This document shows positions 1 through 10,795 of a stretch of 64,000 bases of DNA, piece by piece. The first letter of the stretch is position 1. Every line of letters begins with the position of its first letter. This stretch comes from Sphagnum compactum (taxonomy: Eukaryota): the NCBI GenBank assembly GCA_965153455.1, contig OZ234493.1, positions 1,922,001 through 1,986,000 on the forward strand. The letters are read 5' to 3'. The translations under genes were made by a program, and so were the position numbers. The notes beneath the pieces are model-generated. The model worked only from the letters and a program-made list of their open reading frames with translations. It searched no databases and was not told the DNA's origin.

Positions 1-1647
1 TTTGTTAACGAACCCAACAACAATGGTGGGGGGGGGGCCTCTCTCCCCCTCTCCTTTGTATACCCGATGATGGGTTGTTTTAACACAAAGCTTTTTTTAC
101 AACTCGTAGTGTGAAGGCCAAATGATCAATTAAAAAAATTGAAACATGTCCCAATATTGATAATTGAAATTTCAACATGTCCATGAATCAAACAAAGAAA
201 TGATTTATGACAATAAATTTTTTAAAGAAAATTTAAATTATTATTTCTCATTTGTCAATGACAATAATCAATATGTACCAATATAATTATATCATACTTA
301 TAAGGCCAGTTTGGCAACATAACATCATCTAATCTATTAAACATAATTCGGCTACCAATTAAGTTTGGAAGGAGGTTTTGTTTTTCCTTGAGTTCACATT
401 TTAGCTATTCAAACCGTAAGCAACATAAGGTGAGAACACAAAAGTTTAGGCACACAAAATCGAGGTGTGCGTAGGAGTAGTGAGACACACGAGTTAGAAA
501 GTATGTAGCACATATCATCACGACTTTGGGGGACTTTGATGACTATGGTGGTTTTTTTACTATTATATTTGGGAAGAGAAAAAGAGGCTCAAAATCATTG
601 TTTTCAAAATTAGGTAAATAGTAGCCCAAGAAATGCAAAAAGGGCAAGGGGAAGGTACCAATCATACTTGCATAGTGACATAAAAAAATCTTGAAATTGA
701 GCTTTCGAGTGTGAAATTATATGTGCATATAGTTGGTGGGTAGGTTTGTGTACTTATAAGATATTTCAATGGTTGCGTTACATTTTGAATTGGAATTTTT
801 TCATTACATGTGTTATATAACACCATGTAATTATATAACACAGAAGTTGCCTTTACCTTCAACTTAATGTTTTTTTTTTATAAAATGAAAAAGAAATATC
901 TGACAACTCATTATTGCTACAAAGTTCTAGATGTCTATCTCTTCTCAAAACCTTTTTTAAAAAAATCTATTTTAACAATCAATTCTAAAATCATTCAAGC
1001 TCAAAAGAAGAGAAATTTGTTGTGTATTTAAATTTAAAAATGTCTAATGTTTTGTAAAAATGCATATCTATATATATTTTTTTAAACAGTCTTATAACCA
1101 AAGTTTATCAAATGGGTACTACGTATCCCTCCAACTTGGATTCTTTTGGGGGCACATGTTCAAAAATCAAACTACCGTGCTTGTGTAAAAAGCAAGCACG
1201 TAGACCTCACTCACTCGGTGTGTTAAAAGTGTCCTAAAATTGTGGGAAAGGGTATACATACCACTTTCTTTCATGAGGACTTTTGTGCCCAAGTTGTCAA
1301 ACTTGGCACAATAGGCAGATTGAAAGAACTGCCCATGCAATTGCACCCGTGAGTAAAGTCAAATTATAACATGGGTTGAGATTATTACAAAGTGAATAAA
1401 ATAATACACTTTTGTTGTTCTTACCATCAATCTAAAAAGACCCTCAACCTTTAAAAATTTAAATGAAATGGCGGTTCCTGTCATTCCCAATGTATTCCCA
1501 TCAAGTTCCCAATGGGTTGCCATCCAATTCCCAATATTTTCCTCAAGTTCCCAATAGCACCTCAATTTCACCATTTTTCCACAAAGAAAATTGAGAGCTT
1601 TTTCAGATTTTTTTTTTTTGGGGCAGTTTATATGCAAGAATTTACAA

Positions 1648-1686
<39 letters not shown>

Positions 1687-1889
1687 CTTTCATAGTTCAT
1701 ATTAAAGGCCAAATTTGGCTAATTGTTTGTAAGGAAGGTTTTGATTAGGTATCTGAGTTGATTGCAAATTCAGTCTCTTGTGTGTGTGCATTTATTTTGT
1801 TTGCAAATGGATTTTATTTCAATTGTGCCCACCAAAAAAAAAGAAAAAAAAAAGCCAATAATATGTCAGTCCTCGCCTTGTACGGAATA

Positions 1890-2437
1890 GGGGTGGCCGG
1901 GTATTTGATTTCGTGGATACCCATTGGTTCTGGTTTTCCAGATCATTTTAGAATCAGAGGATCATGGGTTGTTCTCTGGGATTTTCAAAAAGAATCGACG
2001 GTTCTCATGAAAGAACCGGAAGTTAACAGTAAGGAACCATGGTTAATGGATCCGAACCAGTTCTAGACCCATTTTCTGAGAAGCATGGTTAATAGATCCG
2101 AACCGGTTTTAGACACATTTTCTGAAAACCATGGTTAGTAGATCAGAGCCCGTTCTGGACCCATTTTTGGAGAACCGTGGTTAGTAGACCAGAACCACTT
2201 GTGGACCCATTTTTGGAGAACCATGGTGAATAGATCAGAACCAGTTGTGGACCCAGTTTTGGAGGACCATGGTTAATAGATCGGAACCAGTTGTGGAGCC
2301 ATTTTTGGAGAACCATGGTTAATAGATCAGAACCAGTTGTGGAGCCATTTTTGGAGAACCATGGTTATGAACCCAAAAGAACCGCCCTGATAACCAGTGA
2401 GGGGTTTGGTGCAGTTTCTAATGCCCGCCCAAAGACC
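1890..2437. mobile_element. Non-autonomous dispersed element with an internal 46-bp tandem array
   Basis: Shares CATGAAAGAACCG, GACGGTT and AAGAAYCRCCYTGATAA...GGGGTYTGG motifs with 22500-22848. Confidence 0.55.
2034..2368. repeat. Tandem array, ~46 bp x 7
   Basis: Unit GAACCATGGTTAATAGATCAGAACCAGTTGTGGASCCATTTTTGGA, head-to-tail, with no unique spacers. Confidence 0.93.
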
Positions 2438-2857
2438 GCAACAACCCAGGCTTTAGAAGAGTAACACCCGCAGAAACATGCAATTTTTGAACCCGGATCT
2501 CACCAAGCTTGTGGCAAGAAGAAGCCAGAGTTCAGCTGGTTCTGGGCAGAGATCTATAAATCTATTGTAGTTGAATAGAGCAGGTTTGACAAAAATAATA
2601 TAAATTTTAGACATGCTGAAATTTCCAAGAAAAATTTAAAAAAATTCTCAAGGAATTATCATTTTTAGGGTGAATGTCAAATGAAGCATCCTTTGGAATA
2701 TTCATGAAATATATAATTTTAGTTGTCCAAATGCAAATTTCAAAAATTAAATAATTATTTGTCAGAGACTTGTCAAAACTCTGCTTTTCAACCATATGTA
2801 CACATGGTTCAAGTACATGTATATATGGATGTTTTTTTCAAAAAAAAACACCTTTCA

Positions 2858-3233
2858 TAGCAATATTTTACAGCAAAATTTGGTTAAATCTTCTTATGGA
2901 TGATCACCAGTTTGAGTACATTGCAATATTTTACAGCAAAATTTGGTTAAATCTTCTTATGGATGATCACCAGTTTGACTACATTGCAATTTTTTTTACA
3001 GCGAAATTTGGTTAAATCTTCTTATGGATGATCACCAGTTTGATTACATTGCAATATTTTACAGCAAAATGGGTTAAATCTTCTTATGGATGATCACCAG
3101 TTTGAGGTCATTGCAACATTTTACAGCAAAATTTGGTTAAATCTTCTTGTGGATGATCACCAGTTTGACTACATTGCCAATTTTACAGCGAAAGAAATTT
3201 GGTTAAATCTTCTTATGGATGATCACCAGTTTG
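2858..3233. repeat. Tandem array, ~63 bp x 6
   Basis: Unit ATTGCAATATTTTACAGCAAAATTTGGTTAAATCTTCTTATGGATGATCACCAGTTTGACTAC. GGATGATCAC recurs at 2898, 2961, 3026, 3088, 3151 and 3217. Confidence 0.93.
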
Positions 3234-4359
3234 GCTGGCTGGGTTTCGAAAGTGTCGGAAACAAACACTGTTGGGCACAAAGATAGTCTTTTATCCACAC
3301 TCAGTGTGGTCAAACATAATAATATCCAGTCAAGCTCATCAGACTCTCTCTCTCTCTCTCTCTCTCTCTATATGTGAGGATAGGTGCATTTGTTTGTTAC
3401 TTCCCCGACCATGACGAGAGACGATGATGATCATGGGGGTAAGTAGGTCCCAAGAACACCAGGCCGCACAATATATATGACCGAGTAAAACACAGCTAAT
3501 GAATGTCCTCCCCCCGCCCACGATGGCTGGCGATGATGATGATGATGATGTCCAGGTCCACATTTTGAACCTGGACATACATGGAATTTCGCTAACCAAG
3601 TACACTCTATAAAGACACTGATGTCACCAGGTGGAATTCTTTTGGGCTCTCATCAACCAAGCAAGAGATGTTGCGTGTTCGAATGACCACCACCCTTGCA
3701 GCAAAGACATGCAACTGAGGAGGCTTCAGGCTTCGAGGGGAAAAGTCTACAAGTTCATCCAAAAGTTATGAGAATCTATCTATCTTTTGAGTGTGGCTAT
3801 AGACTAGCAAGCCCGTTGTTGTTGTAGTAGGAGTAGCAGCGTCATTCATTGTTGTTGTTGTTGTTTTTTCTCTCTCTTGCTTATTTTAGATCATCTCGGC
3901 ATCTGATATCCCAATTGGAACTTGGTGAACTTTTTTACACTGTAGCTTGTGATATCTATCAAGCTTCTTCGGGTACACAAGTTGGTCCATTGAACGATTG
4001 CACGAGAAGAAAATCACACTTTCCGTTCAAGTTCAACCCCATAAATGAGATTCATTGGTGGGGTCAGTCACATTAGTGTTTATTTTAATTTTTGTTTATT
4101 TTTTTAGTTTTGTGGTTTGTAAAGTTTGACAATTTTTTTCAAAATTTTAGCAATTTTTTAAATAAAAAATTACACATTAAAAAAAAATTCCCAATTCTTT
4201 ACAAAATTTTTTGTTGCCCACATTGCAAAAAAAAATTCAAACAAAAAAATAAAATAATAAAAAAAAATCACTGGTTAGCATTCTTAGTGATAAGATGGAG
4301 TGCATTTTCATCAACCTTTGTTACCCCCCAGATATTAAAGATAGAAGCATCTAAAATTG

Positions 4360-4714
4360 TTGAAACCAGGGGGTGTGTCACACCGTGGCCTTGCCATTTT
4401 ACATTAAAAAGTATCTTAAGGCAACAAAAGAAGAATTATGGAAACTCAAATATTTCACCATGCAAAAATATAAATCTTCAAAAAATCTTTAGAATATAAT
4501 CTTAGAAAAATGCTCTCAAGATATTATAACTCTATTATAACTAATCTCAAGTTTCAACACAAGCCAAAATATATCATCTTTCAAAAATCCTCATATAATA
4601 AAAATAGACCTATTATTATTACCTAGTATAGTAGGGGCCAAAATCCATTAATTAAGCTACTAGGTATACTCTATAATGAATCTAAACACAATATCCTTGC
4701 CTACCAAGGCAAGG
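4360..4714 (+). repeat. Dispersed repeat family A, copy 1
   Basis: About 85% similar to the rc of 18570-18887 and partly to the rc of 62615-62735 (GGGGTGTGTCA...TTCACCATGCAAAAATATAA). Ends in the hairpin CCTTGCCT-ACCA-AGGCAAGG. Confidence 0.8.
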
Positions 4715-4799
4715 CCAATAAATCATAGTCTTGGCAAGAACAACTCTTGGCTCTACCTTGCACTTATATTTTTTTGATAACATACAAAAGCCATCAGAA

Positions 4800-5102
4800 C
4801 CAGTGTTTTTATTATTGAATTTTGTGATGTAGCTAATGTGGTGGTGATCATTATCCATAAGACAACTAAGCAAAAGTTGGCAATGAAAAATATGAAAGGA
4901 AAATAATAATAATAATAAAAATAAAAATTCTTCCATACTTTTTAGCTACCTACTGGAACTTAACATATAATATTTTGAGATTTTATATATATTTCAAATT
5001 TTCATGAATGTTTTTATAAAATAGAAATTTGTGAAATAATATTCTTTTAAAAAACATTTGAGGTTGAAATTAATTTAACCAGAAAAGTAAAAAAGAACAT
5101 GG
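4800..5102. mobile_element. Degenerate MITE-like element (CAGTG-terminal family)
   Basis: Starts CCAGTGTTTTT...TTTTGTGATGTAGCTAATGTGGTGGTGATCA and is similar to 52227-52520. The right end is degenerate and approximate. Confidence 0.5.
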
Positions 5103-7691
5103 GAATCCCAACCTACTTCAAGTTAAACTAAGTCTATTTTTTTATTAAGTTTCAAAGTTATCTCTTGTGTTTTGAATTAGGGTTTATTTTCTAGAATTTT
5201 TTTGATTAGTTGTTGTTTTTTTTTTCCCCCTTTTGATGGGCTCTCTTAAAAATTAATTACCTAGTGTGGAAGATGAGTTGTAGCTAAGGTATATTGTGAG
5301 CTATGAAAGGGGGGGGGGGGGGGCACCACATTGACAAAGTCATGACCCTGCGTGCTTCTCAAGGGGGGGGGGGGGCGGGGGGGGGAGGGGGTTCCGGAAC
5401 TTTGGGTCTGCATGTCTGCACTGGGGTTCTTGGGCCCGGATGCCTTGTTGCCCATCCATATTAAGTATGCATTAACCTTTCCAGCCAAGCTACTGACATC
5501 ACCATTTTGTTTGTGTGTGTGTTTTTTTTGGGGGCAATGCCAAGTGCAATGCAAGCAAAACAAACACGACTTTTGAGCCTACTAAGAAACTAGAACCCAA
5601 AAACAAACTAGACTCTAAACCCTAATAAACTAGAACCCCAACTTCTGGAGTCCAATGACACTATTGTGTACTACTTTTGGTCCCCTTGACTTTGCTACCT
5701 CACCAAGTGAAAGGATCAGCAACATTGGTCACCAACTATTATTAGCATCACATTACAAATTAGGGTTATTTCACTTTTAATTGCAATTGGTCAAGCTTAA
5801 ATGGATAAAGCTCATTGACCCATTTATCCTAATAACATTAATGTTTGAATCCTCATGTCAAAACATATTATTTCCACCCCATAATTATTTGTGGGACAAC
5901 ATGCTATAGCCTATAGTGAAATAAAAGGTGCCGAATACCATAAATAATCAAGCTTGCTATAGTCTTGTGTGATTCTTTCCTTAGAAGAGAACCTCCAGTC
6001 TTGGTTTTGACATTTAAAAATTATTTGGAGGTTTTTAGGCTAAGGTTTGAGCTTGGTTCTTCCAATTTTTATACCTTTCAATGTTAGTTTTAACATTTCA
6101 AAAATAATAATTTAAGAACATCTAGGCATGGTTCAAAATTTCTGTATGTTTTCATGTTCATAATACACATTTTCCAATGCTAGAGATTGTAAGGGCACAA
6201 AGTTTTATAACAAATTAGTACAAGTGTTTATACAAATATAAAGTTTAACAATTATTTTTAAACATTATTTAATTATAATGTATAGCCTGTTTAACAACTT
6301 TTTCTCTTTTTTTTTGAAAACATGACCTTGTGTTTAAGATTTTTTTTCATGGTTTTAATTTCAGTTCCAAATGTAAAAAAAGAAAAAGTTCCATCATTTG
6401 GTTCTTGTGTTAGTTCCAACAGAAAAAAAGAAAAAAAAGGCTATCAACTCAAGTCCAAATCACAAGCATTTGAACTTGAACCCTTGGATTTACAACCTAT
6501 AAGTAGGAGGAAAGAAAGAGGTAAGTAAGAAAGGAGAGAGAATTAGGTATGGAAGAATGATATCTTGTATAATCCCTATCATTATGGTTCCCCTTTTGCC
6601 TAGGTTTTTCACAACTGAATTCAATGATGTTATTGTCATCTTGTAATTCTTTGCTTGGTCTGAAAGCCAAAAGCAAACGTGTTTCAAGTGAATTCTTTCT
6701 CCACCCTTTTCGTTATTTTGCATTTCCTTTTCTTGTTGTGGTATTGCTAGTGGGGTTTTTAAGGTGAGTTCCCATGATGCTCTTATTCATTAAATTCTTT
6801 TGCAGGTATAGATGGTGGCATCATGGTCATCTTGCAATTTCTAGCATTGCAATTTTGAGTTTTCATTAACAACTTGTTTTAGGCAAAGCTTGACCTATTG
6901 TCATATTGTACATTCTTTCATCATGGTATTGCCTTATTAGTAAGTATAATACCCTCATTCTTTGTAAACCATAATCTTCCATGGCAAGGGGAGGTGAAAT
7001 ATCCCATTTTGTTATAAGCTTCAATTGTTTGTGGGAGAATGACCATAACACACCCCTTGCACATGCATAAATTTCATTTTTTCTTTGTTTACTATCTTTT
7101 CATAAGAATTTGATTTTGATTTACAACTAGTGTATTTTTCAACAACGAAAACAAAAATAAAATCTCATGACTCATGTTTTGGTTTTATGTGTAAGGCTAT
7201 GGCAAGTGGACAAAGCTATTTAGATTTGAACTATCACCTTTTTCTATAACAGAAATGGGAAGGTTCAAGTCTTCTCTGTATAGATTCTCACTGCACTAGT
7301 TCCTTTGACACATGGATTTGCTTCTCCTTCTTTTGCTTGGGTTTTTCCTGTACATGCCATGACATGAAGTCTTATTGCTCTTGCTAACAAGCTTTGCACG
7401 TAAACCCAAGTAGGCTAGCATGGACCATCATATCCATGTGGTAACACTTATTGTTGGCAACTCCATTTGATATCTGTAATTGTATGTGGAGGGCAGCAAT
7501 GGGCCATATCACGAATGTATGTTTTTTGATACCATGGTATGTATGTATACATATGGGAGCTGAAAACTTGTATCAGTCTTTGGACAGATTAACATCAGTT
7601 GTTGAAACATAACTTTTCACATACATAGTTATATGTACTACATGAAAAGGATATGTGTTCTAACACAAAGTACCAAAGAAAGTAACAAGTT
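5064..7691 (+). repeat. Left arm of ~2.6 kb inverted repeat
   Basis: Reverse complement of 18893-21570 along its whole length. For example, the ORF-track peptides at 6866-7051(-) and 19623-19832(+) are near-identical, as are 5352-5576(+) and 21083-21301(-). Confidence 0.96.
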
Positions 7692-8842
7692 AGATAATAG
7701 GCAGCTCAAAGGAAAGAAAGAGAAGAAAGACGGTAAAGATCTTTCCAAGAATGTGGTTTGCAATTCCTCCCGACAAAATTGCCCTTTCAAAGAAGAGAAG
7801 GGACCTTCCACTAGGGGAAGAAGGTCATCGATGACCTTGATCTGGGACCTTCCACTCCGGGAAGATCCCTAAAAGCTCTTTTCCCAGGCAGCATAAAGGA
7901 ACAATTTTGAGAGTGTTCAAGGGCCCACCCAACTCAACATGGGTCTCCCTCGAGCTCTAGCCTCTGGCATGATGCTCATGGATCAACTGGGTGATGATGC
8001 CCCATCTCCTGTCCTCTCCCTCATCACTTCAGCACGATCTTGCCACCTTCCAAGGACTGCTTTGCCTGGAAGGCAAGCATGGGACAGGTGGGGAGGGAGG
8101 AGGCTAATAGCTCTCCCTCTCCCTCCCTCCCTCCCTCCCTCTCTCCTTCCTTCCCTTTGACCAAAATGGGCGAGTGAGTGAGTGCCTGAGTGGGTCATGT
8201 GATCTTGACGGAAAATTATATTCTAGAACAAATATTCTAGAGTCCCAACTGCAAAATTGGGTTGGTGGGTAGGTGAGTGGATGAGAGAGTGGGTCATGTG
8301 TTCTTGACGGAAAAAAAACATATTTGACCAATACTCCAATCTCATCACAACAATACTCCTCCTCCTCCGATCACAACATTTAGTTTTGAGTAGCATGAGA
8401 ATACTAGTTAGGAGTAGGTAGTAGTTTGAAGAGTTAAGTTGAGTCCTCAGAGTGCTAATTCATCAAAGGCTATGAAGAAGGTTGTGGGATTGGCATTAAA
8501 AGGTGGTTTGATATATTATACTAGATTAGTGTGCCTAAATACAAAGCCCAAAAATTCACCACAAAGATAAGATAAGGGGTTGAGGAAAATGTAGAAGAGA
8601 AAAAAAGTCACTAGGATTTTACTCAATTTTTTCCCTCTAAAAGTAGTAGTTAACTTAGTACCCTAGTCTGGTAAGGAACTCATTTTGTTTGGTGGTGCTT
8701 TTGCCTAGGTACCTAACTAACTTAAAAAGGCCAAAGCTATTTGTTATTGTCCATGTTTGGAAGACCTGGGCTTTTTGTCATTGTTGTTGTGTCTTAAGGA
8801 AACTGCACTGGGAAAGTGGGTTGGGGGAGGGAGGAGAGGTTG

Positions 8843-9210
8843 GGTGTATTTTGTCACCAAATCTCGTGGAAAGCAAAATCTTGTCAAGCTTTTAAAAAAG
8901 GGGTTTGGAATTGCATTCATTTATTTATTTATTTATTTATTTAGTTGTAGTGTTTGGGTTGTTCTCTAAAAGTTGGATTCTATTTATTGGAAATGTCACT
9001 TATAGAAACTTTCCAAATTTTCCAATGTATTTAGAGGGCACCTTATATACACCCCAAATAAATTATTTTTAGGTGTTTTTTCTTTTCTTTTCTTTTGGAG
9101 GGTTGTTGGTGTGTTTTGTCACCAAATCTTGTGGAAAGCAAAAATCTCGTCAAGCTTTTTAAAAAAAAGGGTTTGGAATTACTATTATTTACTTATTTAT
9201 TTATTTATTT
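8843..9210. repeat. Direct duplication of ~100 bp (8843-8942 and 9109-9210) upstream of the receptor kinase
   Basis: TTTTGTCACCAAATCTYGTGGAAAGCAAAATCTYGTCAAGCTTTTAAAAAAGGGTTTGGAATT followed by (ATTT)n occurs twice. Confidence 0.85.
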
Positions 9211-10182
9211 ATCCATCCCAATCTCTTTACATATGTTTAATAAGTTCATGATAACCCGTTCCCCTCATGCATAATTGAGGAGTAAAAAGCACATATATTG
9301 GGTCGGGGAAGAATGCACGCTCAAAAATGCGAGGCCAGACTCGACTAGATACCCACCCGGCACGATGGCTTTTCCTTGGACCCACTTCCTTGTTTCGGGA
9401 AACTCCGCACTCTGCAGGCTTTACCCTACACTTATCTCTCCTCCTTACTTTTGTCAAAAAGGGTTGCAAAATCTGTTTTGGGGGCTAGAAACAGGTCCCT
9501 TAAAACCGTGGTGTGTTTTGTTTGGGTTTTGACTTTTTGGCCTGGACTAATACCCTGATTATTAACTGGGGTAACCTATTTGGGGTTGGTTGGTTGGTTG
9601 GTTAGTTGTTTATCTTTTTCTTTCTTTTTTCTATTTTTTTTTTTGGGGGCGTGTTTTGTTCAGTGTTTTTGTTTTTGGTTTCTCTCTCTCTTTTCCTTGT
9701 CAGGGAAAATAAACCAACTAACTAGCTCTAAATTAATTAATTTTTTAAAAAAAAAAAACTAGCTACATGGGAGAAGAGGAGGGGAGCAAAAGAGGGGGAG
9801 GGGGGGGGAGAAAAGAATGGGGGGCTAGTTGTGGACGTGGTTATGAATTTTCTTGAACAAGAAGAAAATTGAGACACTGTTTGTGATGTTTTGGGTGTGG
9901 AATGGGGGTCGTCTCTTTGTGTTTTGGGTGCGAAATTGGGGTCGTCTCAGTCCGTGTTTTTGTCTTTGTTTCCGATCCGCAAGGCCGTCGGAAGAAGGAA
10001 GGAAGAGGGAAGAAATTTGCTTGCCGAGCACTATTTGTTGTTGTTGTTGCTCCTTCTTTTTCTTTCTTCTTGTAGGTTGTGCGTCAAGTAGTTTGTTGTC
10101 GTCGCACAGGATATGGTCTGGTGGGTGCATTTGGTTGCTTTCCAACAGCTTCACAAAACAAGCTGACTGACTGACTGACTCT

Positions 10183-10220
<38 letters not shown>

Positions 10221-10795
10221 CGGAGCAAACAGCAAACCTTCTTTATGTTTTGTCGGAAACAAAATCTTTTGGAAAACTCTTATGCTTTTGTTTCGGAAAC
10301 CAAACAAACAAAATGATTGGGGAAAAAAAAAACCAAAACAGAAAGAATTGGAATAAGCCTCTTGGTGACTCGTCAATTCTTTGTGAGGAGGAGCTTCATC
10401 ATCAGCATCATCATCGTGGTTCTTGTTGTTGCGGAGTGAGTGGATTGGCGGACAACGGGACAGTTGCAAAACATCTGGCTTAAGAAGACTTGAAGAAGAA
10501 GCTGAAGAAGAAGAAGAAGAAGCTGCTATGGAATTGTTTTTGTGCATTGGCCCATCATCTTGTTGTTGTTGTTGTGACAGTAGTGGGTCGTTGTTCAGAA
10601 GCTTCATCTTCTTCTCATCTTGGAAGAGAAGATCGGAAATAACAGATGGAGTGGCGGGAACTCGATCTTGGTTTAGGAATCCTGAACTGGAATTGACTCC
10701 TGCTGAGGGTTGTGATTAGAGAGACAGACACACAGACACAGACAGAGAGTAGGGCAGAGTCTCATTTTGTTGGTGGGGGGGGGTTTGTTGCATGA

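Noticed and set aside
2034-3233. CRISPR-like appearance of the 46-bp and 63-bp arrays (also 62774-63200)
   Set aside because: The units are head-to-tail with no unique spacers, there are no cas genes, and the context is eukaryotic.
6490-7051. Short ORFs conserved between the two arms (e.g. MLWSFSHKQLKL...)
   Set aside because: Conservation follows from recent DNA duplication. The ORFs have non-ATG starts, different stops in the two copies and no recognisable domain.
9825-10607. 260-aa minus-strand ORF antisense to the receptor leader
   Set aside because: Largely translated microsatellites (poly-Q, poly-S, poly-D, SL repeats) with no domain.
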